Assembly (NCBI GenBank): GCA_016839705.1
Contig: JAEOTR010000006.1
Span: forward strand, 36,890-100,889
From: Promethearchaeota archaeon
GTDB taxonomy: Archaea; Asgardarchaeota; Lokiarchaeia; Sigyniarchaeales; SOKP01
Reading direction: 5' to 3'
DNA: 64,000 nt
Below, piece by piece: positions 29,022 through 37,872 of the stretch. The translations under genes were made by a program, and so were the position numbers. Within the stretch, counting starts at the first letter, position 1; each line of letters opens with the position of its first letter. The notes beneath the pieces are model-generated. The model was not told where the DNA came from. It did not search any database and saw only the letters and a program-made list of their open reading frames with translations.

Positions 29022-30159
29022 GAATGTTACTAACGAGTTTTTTATTTGATCTTTCCTCTAGTTTCATAATAACATGATAACTTAATCTCCCAATCTGTAC
29101 TTTCACTGAAACATGTCCTTGCCATAATTTATATATTGCTCTTAATACAAGAGTCATTAAAATAAAAACACCAGCGGCAAAGAACCAAATATCAATCACA
29201 TTTAATTGGTTGAGAAAAAGGAAATGTAGTATATTATGAGTAAGGAAAATTGTTAAGGAGTAATATGAGAAATAAAAGAATAACTTATAACTCTTTTTTG
29301 TCTTAATAATTTCAAAAATTTCAACTGACAAAAGTAATGAAATCAAAACAATATTTATTCCTAAAGAGTAAATTACCCAAGATAAGCTTTCCCTTAATAA
29401 ATATCTTGGAAATTCATAAAAAACTCCAAAGAGAATGAGGAACGCTCCAACTACCACCGATGGAAGTAGATAACTATATCCGAAAGATTTCCTTTTATTA
29501 TTTTTAGATGAATCCGAATAGAATGCCTCAAAAAGAGAATCCCCGATTACTGTTCCAAATAAAAAAAAGGGGAAGAATACTAATAGTGGAACTAAATGAA
29601 TCCCACTATAAAACACATGAAACAAGACTCCATATAAACTCAAGGTGCCTTCATGTGGTAATAATATATTAATTATGAATGGATTTACTATCCATAAAGC
29701 ACATCCGAGGGTAATTCTAAACAGTTTTGAAGTTTTTAAAAGTGGCCATGCTATAATCAGTGAAATAGCTGCTGTTAGCAAAACAAACCAAGTCCAAATC
29801 CATTTAGGGGCCATTAAAGAAATAGCAATAAAAATATTATAGAGTAAAGCAAGTATAAAAATAAAAAATGCACGCATGAGGTAAGAATTTCTTATAGCTC
29901 GATGAGAATAACCTTTTGTATTGTTAACTTTTTTTAGTTTGTTTCTATAGGATAATGCTATGCTAATACCTGAAATGAATAGCAACCCTGAGGCCCCAAA
30001 AGAGTCAAAAATCATTACAGTAATTCGATGCAACCAAATAAATTCACTTTTTAGCCACCAATCAATTAAGTGTGTTAAAACTATCCAGAACATGCATAAT
30101 CCACGGAAAACATCAATACTTTTTAGTCTATGAGATTGCATTTGAAGAAGTATAGCCAA
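29008..30159 (-). CDS. DUF1624 / heparan-alpha-glucosaminide N-acetyltransferase-like membrane acyltransferase
   Basis: 383-aa polytopic ORF. The N-terminal RLKSIDVFRGLCMFWIVLTH is typical of the family. Its 3' end overlaps the convergent gene by 14 nt. Confidence 0.5.
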   Translation of the reverse strand: MAILLQMQSHRLKSIDVFRGLCMFWIVLTHLIDWWLKSEFIWLHRITVMIFDSFGASGLLFISGISIALSYRNKLKKVNNTKGYSHRAIRNSYLMRAFFIFILALLYNIFIAISLMAPKWIWTWFVLLTAAISLIIAWPLLKTSKLFRITLGCALWIVNPFIINILLPHEGTLSLYGVLFHVFYSGIHLVPLLVFFPFFLFGTVIGDSLFEAFYSDSSKNNKRKSFGYSYLLPSVVVGAFLILFGVFYEFPRYLLRESLSWVIYSLGINIVLISLLLSVEIFEIIKTKKSYKLFFYFSYYSLTIFLTHNILHFLFLNQLNVIDIWFFAAGVFILMTLVLRAIYKLWQGHVSVKVQIGRLSYHVIMKLEERSNKKLVSNILNSS

Positions 30160-30295
30160 TTACGAAATTTCGCAAAAAACAATTTTTTTTATAAAAAATA
30201 GGGATTGTGTCAATATAAAGCTATGATCGAGAGATATATTTTCAAAAATATTCTATGAGATTGCCTAAAAATATATAAACTAAAAAAAAAATAAA

Positions 30296-31024
30296 TTAGG
30301 GTAATGTTACTTTCCCACTATTTTCGTCAAGATTAAGAATTCCTTTAACTGCAAGCTGTTTTATAGTGCGAACTGCCATTATTGGTGGAACATCTAAGAG
30401 TTTTTTTAAATCATCTAATTTTGCTTCTCCCTGGTCCATGATTGTGGCTAATATATCAACTTCATGAATTTCTTCGTCAGAATTTTCAATCAAAAATGAA
30501 GTAAAAAAATTTTCTTGTCTCAATTGATTAATTTTAGCTTCTAGATCATCCATCTTTTTCTGGTAAGTATTATTTAATTCTGCTTCACGGTTTTCATTTT
30601 CAACAGTTTTTTGATCTAGTGCTGTTTTGTCTTCTTCTTTAATAGTTATTTTTTCATTTACAGAACCAAGTTTTTCCTCAAGTTGGGTAAGTTCAAATGC
30701 CGGTTTTTTCAAATCATTAACGCTTGTTTCTAAAGTATTTGTTAGTTCAGAAATTTTTGAATTGAACTCATCCTTTTTTGCTTTAAGCCCTTCTATTGTT
30801 CTGTCTAATTCTTCGGATTTTGTTCTTAATTCTGTTAACTCTGAATTCTGAGCAGATAATTTTTCCTTGATTGTTTCTTCTTCTTTTTGTTCAGCTTGCA
30901 TAAATTTCCATGCTTCTCTTAACTGAGAAAGAACTTCTTCATTATGTTTTTGTAGAACTTGCCAATAAGTGTCGTAAGCGGTCTCAAATTGTTCAATCAA
31001 TGCTAATATTTCTGGTGAACTCAT
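30296..31024 (-). CDS. coiled-coil protein with C-terminal winged-helix-like domain (paralogue B)
   Basis: 242-aa ORF. Long heptad-rich E/K/L/Q region. C-terminal LKKLLDVPPIMAVRTIKQLAVKGILNLDENSGKVTLP. Its start shares 1 nt with the upstream stop (TAATG). Confidence 0.6.
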   Translation of the reverse strand: MSSPEILALIEQFETAYDTYWQVLQKHNEEVLSQLREAWKFMQAEQKEEETIKEKLSAQNSELTELRTKSEELDRTIEGLKAKKDEFNSKISELTNTLETSVNDLKKPAFELTQLEEKLGSVNEKITIKEEDKTALDQKTVENENREAELNNTYQKKMDDLEAKINQLRQENFFTSFLIENSDEEIHEVDILATIMDQGEAKLDDLKKLLDVPPIMAVRTIKQLAVKGILNLDENSGKVTLP

Positions 31025-31770
31025 TAGAAATCAACCTCCCCTTTTAATGTTACTGTTCCACCTGCTTCATCATACTCAATGGGTCCATTTTTTTGAACCA
31101 TTTTCACAAGTATATTTCTGAATACATCTTCCCTTAAACCACTAGCTGAGACCAAGGCTTTTATTTCTAAGGTAGACTGTGGCAGTAAAGCATTAATTAC
31201 TTTTAGTTGTGGGGATTGTATATAACCAGCTTTAATTAAAGATTTCATTGCGGCCGCTCGTATTGCATATGAATTACTAAACTTCTCTTTTTTATTAAAA
31301 TCTCCTTGAAGTTGAGTTTCAAGTTCTTTCATTTTATTATCAAATTTCTCTTGAATATCTTTTAATTCTACAAGCCTATTTTCCAATTCTTCTAGACGGC
31401 TAGTTCGAGTTGATAATTCTTCTTTTTGTGTTGTTATTTTAGTTTGAGTTTCATTTAATTCATTTTGGGCATCTTGAATTTTATCAAGAAGAGCTTGACG
31501 TTGAGTTGTTAGCTCTCCAATATTTTCTTCTAATGAAGTAATATCACGTTGATTCTGTGAGATTTTATTTTTTAAAGAATTAATCTCATCGTCGTTAGAT
31601 TCGATGTTCCTTAGATGAGTAGTTTTTTCTTCTTCGAGATTTTCAATATTTCCGAGGATATTAGTTGGCTGAGATTGCAATTTCGGTACTGAATCTGAAT
31701 TTAATCTATTTAACTCCTCAATAATTGAGAGTATTTTTTTTAAAGATGATTTCGTATCAGTAAGACTCAT
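31024..31770 (-). CDS. coiled-coil protein with C-terminal winged-helix-like domain (paralogue A)
   Basis: 248-aa ORF. Heptad-rich centre. C-terminal LEIKALVSASGLREDVFRNILVKMVQKNGPIEYDEAGGTVTLKGE. Confidence 0.6.
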   Translation of the reverse strand: MSLTDTKSSLKKILSIIEELNRLNSDSVPKLQSQPTNILGNIENLEEEKTTHLRNIESNDDEINSLKNKISQNQRDITSLEENIGELTTQRQALLDKIQDAQNELNETQTKITTQKEELSTRTSRLEELENRLVELKDIQEKFDNKMKELETQLQGDFNKKEKFSNSYAIRAAAMKSLIKAGYIQSPQLKVINALLPQSTLEIKALVSASGLREDVFRNILVKMVQKNGPIEYDEAGGTVTLKGEVDF

Positions 31771-31865
31771 TTTAATTTCTCCTATTTAAAAAGTTATATC
31801 AAATCTTTATAAAATAATAGTGTAGATTTTTATAAATTTTGATTTTTAGGTAAGGCAAAAGAATA

Positions 31866-32705
31866 TTATATTTCTTTAGAAATTTCTTTAATAAAGGAAG
31901 TTGATCGAATCGGACCATAGGGAAGGTTCCTTCTTTCTATAATTATGTTTAACTGCTCAATGATTTTCTTTGTAAAATAATTAAAATCAAATTGAAAGGA
32001 TGAGTTTGTTTGATAATATTTTCTTAGAAATATATTAATAAGATCAATTTTATGCCTAGGTTCATCCATATCAAATAATCCAGGGCTTGTATCGAGTAAT
32101 GAACAACAAATCCATGCTAAATCATCTATATGATTTCCCTCATACGAATCTTCAAAATCTACTCCATACATGATTTCTCTTGAAGGATCTAAGATAAAGT
32201 CTCGTAATCTTGTATCTCCTTTATTCAAAACAAAAAGTTCCTCAGATCGACGCTTTCTTACAATGTTTTTTTTATGTAATTCAGCAAGCCATTCAGCAAG
32301 TTTTTCAATACTTAAAATTATCTCCGTTTTCAAGTCAGGCTCTAAATCCTCTAATTTTTCATTATTTTTTAAATTATCATTGATGAAATCACAAAGATTA
32401 AAACCTTCAACTTTTTCTAAAATTAAGTAAGGTTTTTTTAAGGACAATATTTTAGGAACATGAAAATTTTGATTTTTTAATCTCGTTAAGATATTATTTT
32501 CACTTACTATATTTTTTGTTCTAAAGATTTTGATAATAAACTCTTGTGGAAAATCTTGTAGTTTTTTATCAAAAACCAAGTGGACTACCGTGTTTTTTCT
32601 GCTATCTAATTCATAGATATTAAAATTATAATTATCTTTGCGAAATTCAGGGATTATGCCTTTTAGATCCTTAACAATTTTGTTCTTAATGGCTTGTACG
32701 CTCAT
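31866..32705 (-). CDS. atypical protein-kinase-like (APH/RIO/Bud32-like) phosphotransferase
   Basis: 279-aa ORF. Candidate beta3 Lys (FIIKIF), hinge LILEKVEG, catalytic-loop-like NKGDTRLRDF, DFG-like VDFE. Confidence 0.45.
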   Translation of the reverse strand: MSVQAIKNKIVKDLKGIIPEFRKDNYNFNIYELDSRKNTVVHLVFDKKLQDFPQEFIIKIFRTKNIVSENNILTRLKNQNFHVPKILSLKKPYLILEKVEGFNLCDFINDNLKNNEKLEDLEPDLKTEIILSIEKLAEWLAELHKKNIVRKRRSEELFVLNKGDTRLRDFILDPSREIMYGVDFEDSYEGNHIDDLAWICCSLLDTSPGLFDMDEPRHKIDLINIFLRKYYQTNSSFQFDFNYFTKKIIEQLNIIIERRNLPYGPIRSTSFIKEISKEI

Positions 32706-32834
32706 CTCGGATATTGTTTTTGTTTTAAACTAAATTAGTATTCTTATAAAGCTCAAGATAATATACATCTATAAAATTATGTGTTATCAAGTATCTAATT
32801 AATCCACTAATTAATGAATTCTGAGAAAAATATG

Positions 32835-33407
32835 TTATTTTCCTTCTTTAATTTTGTGTAGAATAGTCTCTCTTACTTCAGAAAATTCAGGAATTACAAC
32901 AATTCCTTCCATTTTTTTTAGCTTTTCAATATTTTCCAATTCAATGTCTCTTATTTTAAGTACAAGGGGAGATCCATCAGGTCTTGTTGTGGTTATGGGT
33001 TCTAGATCTTGATCTGAAGGAAATATATGTACATCCATTCCCCCTTTAATGGCTTGTGCAACACAATTAGTAATTAATGTATCGGCTATTCCTTGGACAA
33101 TTTTAGCTACTGAATTTGCCGAAACAGGACACACTAAAAACATATCATATTTTCCTACTTGTAATGGACCCGCATAAAAAGGGATATTAGGTGTTTTTTC
33201 CACCTTAATTTTTTGAACCGTCTTTGTTAGAGCTAACCACTTTTTATACCATTTTACAACAGCGGCACCCTCTTTTGTTAGGATAACCGTCAAATCTATA
33301 TTAGGATCCTCTTCCAATTCTTTCATTATATCAATACATTCATCTAAAACATAACCAGTTCCCGTGATTCCCCAAATAATATGTTTACGATGTTTTTTTT
33401 CTTCCAT
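32835..33407 (-). CDS. afpA: archaeoflavoprotein AfpA-like flavoprotein (PF02441 family)
   Basis: 190-aa ORF. IIWGITGTGY N-terminus and VCPVSANSVAKIVQGIADTLITN. Confidence 0.55.
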   Translation of the reverse strand: MEEKKHRKHIIWGITGTGYVLDECIDIMKELEEDPNIDLTVILTKEGAAVVKWYKKWLALTKTVQKIKVEKTPNIPFYAGPLQVGKYDMFLVCPVSANSVAKIVQGIADTLITNCVAQAIKGGMDVHIFPSDQDLEPITTTRPDGSPLVLKIRDIELENIEKLKKMEGIVVIPEFSEVRETILHKIKEGK

Positions 33408-33555
33408 TTTATAGGAGCACCTTATTTTTTAATATATATTATCTTAATCATAGATATTTTAAATTTTTTTTATAAAATCTAAAGAAAAGTATTATTAACG
33501 CTTTCATTATAATTCATTAACTGGGAAGCTTTAAAATAAATAAGAGTGATATAAC

Positions 33556-34788
33556 ATGAATAACTCTAAGTATATCTACTTGGATAATGCTGCTACAACC
33601 CCAATGGATCCTCGGGTTATTGAAGAAGTAAATAAACATTTTAAAGAGACCTATGGAAACTCTATGAGCCTACATTCAGTAGGACAAAAAGCTGCTCAAC
33701 TTTTAATAAAATGTAGAGAACCTATAGCATCACTTATCAATGCTCATAGGGATGATATCTTTTTTACTTCTTCTGGTACTGAGGCCGATAATATTGCTAT
33801 TTTTGGGGTTGCTTCAAGGTGTGAAAAACGTGGTAGCCATATTATTACCTCTAATATTGAACACCATGCTGTTGAAAATCCATATAAACAATTGGAGAAA
33901 AGAGGTTTTGATGTTACTTTTTTACATGTTGATAAATTTGGTCTTATTAATATAGATGATCTAGACAAAGCAATTACAGATAAAACAATTCTAATTAGCA
34001 TAATGTTTGCTAATAATGAAATAGGTACAATTCAACCTATGAAAGAGATCGGAGCTATAGCAAAAAAACATAACGTTATCTTCCATACTGATGCAGTACA
34101 AGCCTTTGGAAAAGTTTTTATTGATGTGAACGAGATGAACATAGATTTATTATCTGCTTCAGCTCATAAATTATACGGACCAAAAGGAGTAGGAATGCTC
34201 TACATTAGGAATAAAGGAGTTAAGGAAGGCTGGGGAAAATTTATTGAACCAATTATGCATGGTGGCGGTCATGAAAGAGGTATGAGACCTAGTACTGTAA
34301 ATATTCCGGGCATAGCTGGATTTGCTAAAGCCGCAGAGATAGCAGAAGAAGAATTAAATGATGAAATGGAAAGACAGATAAAATTACGTGATAAAATCAT
34401 TAAATGGGTAACTGATAATATCGAAGATTCATTTCTCAATGGGCATCCAACCAAAAGACTTCCTAATAATGTTAATTTAGGATTCAAATATATAGAAGGT
34501 GAATCAATTGTATTAGATTTGGATATAGAAGGTATAGCAACATCCACGGGTTCAGCTTGCTCCTCTGAATCCTTAGATCCATCTCATGTATTATTAGCAA
34601 TTGGTCTAAAACCTCAAGAAGCCCATGGTTCTTTAAGAGTCTCTTTAGGGAGATTTACTACAGAAAAAGATGTAGAATATTTCTTAGAAAAACTACCAGC
34701 TGTTATTGAACGATTGAGAAAAATGTCTCCACTTAAAAAGGGAGTAGAATATATGTTTTCAGATTCCCCGAATAAAGATCATCAATAG
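33556..34788 (+). CDS. nifS: cysteine desulfurase (NifS/IscS class)
   Basis: 410-aa ORF. PLP-lysine motif SASAHKLYGPKG, catalytic loop STGSACSS, YLDNAATTP N-terminus. Confidence 0.9.
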   Translation: MNNSKYIYLDNAATTPMDPRVIEEVNKHFKETYGNSMSLHSVGQKAAQLLIKCREPIASLINAHRDDIFFTSSGTEADNIAIFGVASRCEKRGSHIITSNIEHHAVENPYKQLEKRGFDVTFLHVDKFGLINIDDLDKAITDKTILISIMFANNEIGTIQPMKEIGAIAKKHNVIFHTDAVQAFGKVFIDVNEMNIDLLSASAHKLYGPKGVGMLYIRNKGVKEGWGKFIEPIMHGGGHERGMRPSTVNIPGIAGFAKAAEIAEEELNDEMERQIKLRDKIIKWVTDNIEDSFLNGHPTKRLPNNVNLGFKYIEGESIVLDLDIEGIATSTGSACSSESLDPSHVLLAIGLKPQEAHGSLRVSLGRFTTEKDVEYFLEKLPAVIERLRKMSPLKKGVEYMFSDSPNKDHQ

Positions 34789-34871
34789 TTAATTATAACA
34801 ATAATCAATTTCTCTACTCATACAAGGAAAAATTCGAAAGGATTATTGTAAAAGAAATTTTCTTCTATGTA

Positions 34872-37262
34872 ATGAGCATAGAGGAATTTAAATTTTCAAC
34901 TAAAACAATCTTAATCGAAAAAAAAGAGGATATAAGCTCTTCTTACAAAATTAAAGCATATAATACTAAATTAAAATTTATGGAAGAGAGGAAAATTCCT
35001 CAAAAGCCCATAAATGACGTGTTAAATGAATTATTTCTCAAGAATAACTATATATCAAATAACACTAAAAACTCTATTTCTAAAATTATTTATTCCCAGA
35101 AAACACGGATATTAATCTTAATCACTAATTCAGGCAAAGATATTATAATCAATCGCGATAGATTAGTTAGAGATTTTGGATGGTTTTTTTTTATTCAGAA
35201 ATCTGAAAAAAAAGAGAAAGTATCAAAAGAGAAAAAATCCAAAAGGAGAGAAGAGAAAAAAAAAGAAATAACTATTCAAAAAGAGAATTACCAATTTAAA
35301 GATCTAGTAATCTCTGTGAAAGAAAAAGAGAATATGCGTTCACTTTATCATACCAAGGAATATCGACATTATTTGAAAATAATTAAATCACAGAATATAA
35401 CTCAAGTTCCAGCAAAAGAGGTACTTGATGATTTTTTTAATAAGGATAAGCTTGTTCCAATTGAAGAAAAAAAAGGGATAAGAAAGATCATCTATTATCA
35501 AAAAGAAAAAGTAATTGTTATTAAATCTCTTATAGGGGATGAGATGTATGAGAATTTAGAAAACTTGGTTAAGAAATATGGATGGTATTTTTATATAACT
35601 GGAGTACCTGTTGGAGATAGTGAATTATGCATCGCAATTGATAAAATTGAAAAAAGATTTAATGAAAATTACTTTACAAATATATCTCTAATAAGTGAAG
35701 AGGGAAATTCTAAAGATATTAGGGTAACAATTTATCCTATTGTTTTAAAGCCTAATCATAATAGCCATATCTTGGGTTTGGGAAAACTCAATATTTTATT
35801 AGATTGTGGATTATCACCTGAAAAAACCGAAAAAGAAACAGAAGAGATAAAAGAAGAACAGGAAGTTCAAGAAGAAAAAGATGTAGAAGAGAGAGAAGAA
35901 AAAGAAATCATTGATGAAGAAGTTACAGAAGGAGATCTGAGGTATATCGAAGAATATCTTCAAACCCTACCTCAACTTATTATAGAAGAAGAAAAGACGA
36001 GGAACGATGAAGTAATTGAGAAGACGGAAGTAATAAGCTCAGGTACTATACCTCAAAATCCTAAAATAGATGCTATTTTTGTCTCGCATAGTCATTGGGA
36101 TCACATCGGTGGGTTGAAAGAAATAATTAAACTCTATCCTGATATCCCCATTCTAAGTTCCCATATAACTATGGATCTCTTTCTACTCCGGGATTCAAAA
36201 TTCCTAAAACAGGAAAATCATGAAGAAATTGAAGAAGAAGAATACCAAAATATTATAAAAAACGTAATTTATGTAGAAAATGGCACTAAAATAGAATTCA
36301 AAGAAAAAGATTGCTTCTTATCCTTCTTCCATGCAGGACATATGCCTGGTGCATTGATGATGCTCGCAAAAGTAAATAATTTCAGATTACTCTACACAGG
36401 AGATTATACATATAATGATATAACACCATTCGCTGGGACGAAAAGGTACCTAGAACAAATATCTCGTCCTATTGATTATTTATTAATTGATGGTACAAGC
36501 GCTCGAGAAGATTTTGGTAATATTTCTGATCAATTTCACAGTTTGATTTTATTTTTAGAACAAAAAGCAGAATATGGTGATAATTCATTAATCGGAGCAG
36601 ATCCTTCAAGTTTAGCAATCTCTTTTATGTTAACCTTCTGGAGATATTTTAGAAAGCTCCAATTAAGGCGTGATTACAAGAATCGCCCAAACATTTATGT
36701 AGATATGATGGTGCGAAAAAACATTCAAGTAATTAACCATCGATATGAATATATCCATGGACCAATTTCTCGATTGATTAGAGATAAAGCGAACCCATTT
36801 AATAGCATAAAGTTTAGATGGTTTGATCATGATAGTCTAGATTTTCTACGTAAGAAAAATAACATAATTATCTCTCATCCTCCCGATCTTTCTTATGGAT
36901 TAATAAGAAAGATAATAAATAGTGTAGGGCGCAACCCACACAATTTTATATTTCTTGCTGGTTCAATTCATGAATCTCCTGGTTTAGAACTTGTTGAGGG
37001 GGCTGAAGAAATTGAATTTTCTGAGACATGGAAAATGCCCTTTCGCGCCTTGCTACTCAACACTTTTGCTCCTAATATTAAAATAAAACTTCATGCTGAT
37101 AAAAACCAATTACGTGAGATGATAAAAGCTTTAGATCCTAAAGAAGTATGTTTTTTCCATCAATCTGCCAAAAAGTTAATAGATGTCGTTGAATATATAA
37201 AAGAATTAGGCGTTGAGAAAGTTTCTTTACCAAAAAAGAGACAACTCTCAATACTGAATTAA
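34872..37262 (+). CDS. beta-CASP metallo-beta-lactamase-fold nuclease with duplicated novel N-terminal module and acidic insert
   Basis: 796-aa ORF. LLDCGL, VSHSHWDHIGG (HxHxDH), HAGHMPGA, YTGDY, LLIDGTSARE, KLHADKNQLREMI and VCFFHQS match MBL motifs 1-4 and beta-CASP motifs A-C. The N-terminal ~90-aa module is duplicated (34944-35195 and 35337-35594). Confidence 0.75.
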   Translation: MSIEEFKFSTKTILIEKKEDISSSYKIKAYNTKLKFMEERKIPQKPINDVLNELFLKNNYISNNTKNSISKIIYSQKTRILILITNSGKDIIINRDRLVRDFGWFFFIQKSEKKEKVSKEKKSKRREEKKKEITIQKENYQFKDLVISVKEKENMRSLYHTKEYRHYLKIIKSQNITQVPAKEVLDDFFNKDKLVPIEEKKGIRKIIYYQKEKVIVIKSLIGDEMYENLENLVKKYGWYFYITGVPVGDSELCIAIDKIEKRFNENYFTNISLISEEGNSKDIRVTIYPIVLKPNHNSHILGLGKLNILLDCGLSPEKTEKETEEIKEEQEVQEEKDVEEREEKEIIDEEVTEGDLRYIEEYLQTLPQLIIEEEKTRNDEVIEKTEVISSGTIPQNPKIDAIFVSHSHWDHIGGLKEIIKLYPDIPILSSHITMDLFLLRDSKFLKQENHEEIEEEEYQNIIKNVIYVENGTKIEFKEKDCFLSFFHAGHMPGALMMLAKVNNFRLLYTGDYTYNDITPFAGTKRYLEQISRPIDYLLIDGTSAREDFGNISDQFHSLILFLEQKAEYGDNSLIGADPSSLAISFMLTFWRYFRKLQLRRDYKNRPNIYVDMMVRKNIQVINHRYEYIHGPISRLIRDKANPFNSIKFRWFDHDSLDFLRKKNNIIISHPPDLSYGLIRKIINSVGRNPHNFIFLAGSIHESPGLELVEGAEEIEFSETWKMPFRALLLNTFAPNIKIKLHADKNQLREMIKALDPKEVCFFHQSAKKLIDVVEYIKELGVEKVSLPKKRQLSILN

Positions 37263-37337
37263 AAGTTTTATACGAAATAAACAATAAAACTTTAAGTCAA
37301 TAATTTCTTCTTCTTTAATGAACTACATAAGCAATAA

Positions 37338-37342
37338 GGTGA
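37338..37342 (+). promoter_or_regulatory. Shine-Dalgarno-like GGTGA, 7 nt (counted from the GGTG core) upstream of the in-frame ATA of iscU-1
   Basis: AAGGTGA-gctata-ATA TAC TCT. The same spacing from the GGTG core to the start codon is seen before the copA ATG (GGTGA at 45435-45439, ATG at 45447). Confidence 0.45.
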
Positions 37343-37348
37343 GCTATA

Positions 37349-37768
37349 ATATACTCTGAAAAAGTAATGGAGCACTTTAAAAATCCCAGAAATATGGGAG
37401 AAATGAAAGATGCCAACTCCGTAGGTGAGGTGGGAAATGAGATTTGAAAAAATCTCACCCAATATCCCACGTGCGGAGATTTAATGTACATATATATCAA
37501 AGTGAAAGAGGAAGACGGTCAAGAGATAATTGAAGATATATCTTTTCAAACCTTTGGTTGTGCTGCCGCAATTGCTACATCTTCCATGGTAACAGAAATG
37601 GCCAAAGGAAAAACCTTAGATGAGGGATTAGAAATTACTAGAGGAGATGTTGCAGAAAATCTAGATGGATTACCCCCTATTAAAATGCATTGTAGCAATT
37701 TAGCTGCTGATGGATTGCACGAAGCTATAAAGAAATATCGTGAAGAGAAAAAATCTAGCATACATTAA
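37349..37768 (+). CDS. iscU: IscU/NifU-like Fe-S scaffold paralogue 1, interrupted by an in-frame TGA (pseudogene or recoded)
   Basis: Conserved [18 protein letters not shown]...VGEVGN, then TGA at 37445-37447, then ...[12 protein letters not shown]...[11 protein letters not shown]...HCSNLA, all in one frame. No ATG/GTG/TTG lies upstream of the YSEKV motif. The ORF track reports only the 94-aa tail (37484..37768), which lacks the first Cys ligand. Confidence 0.55.
37430..37470 (+). other. stem-loop enclosing the in-frame TGA of iscU-1
   Basis: Perfect 8-bp stem TGAGATTT/AAATCTCA (37438-37445 and 37450-37457) with a GAAA loop. Outer 6-bp pairing GTGGGA/TCCCAC (37430-37435 and 37465-37470). 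Confidence 0.7.
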
Positions 37769-37861
37769 AATTGGGAAGTTTTTAAGCATCTCTTCATTCA
37801 AACATTAAGTATAAATTCTTTGCACTAATTTTAAAAATTATAGGTTTAATCTGAAATAAAA

Positions 37862-37865
37862 GGTG
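37862..37865 (+). promoter_or_regulatory. Shine-Dalgarno-like GGTG 7 nt upstream of the in-frame ATT of iscU-2
   Basis: AAAGGTG-tataaag-ATT TAT TCA. Confidence 0.45.
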
Positions 37866-37872
37866 TATAAAG

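Noticed and set aside
37445-37447. The in-frame TGA of iscU-1 as a selenocysteine codon.
   Set aside because: The TGA lies inside an insertion that is absent from the paralogue. It does not align with a Cys. The AT-rich 3' UTR (37769-37860) shows no GC-rich SECIS-like hairpin. IscU is not a known selenoprotein. Kept only as a possibility to be excluded by a covariance-model scan.
37424-37470. The hairpin in iscU-1 as an archaeal bulge-helix-bulge mini-intron.
   Set aside because: The foldable structure is an 8-bp stem with a tetraloop plus an asymmetric internal loop. I cannot draw the required 3-nt bulge / 4-bp helix / 3-nt bulge geometry around in-frame excision points.
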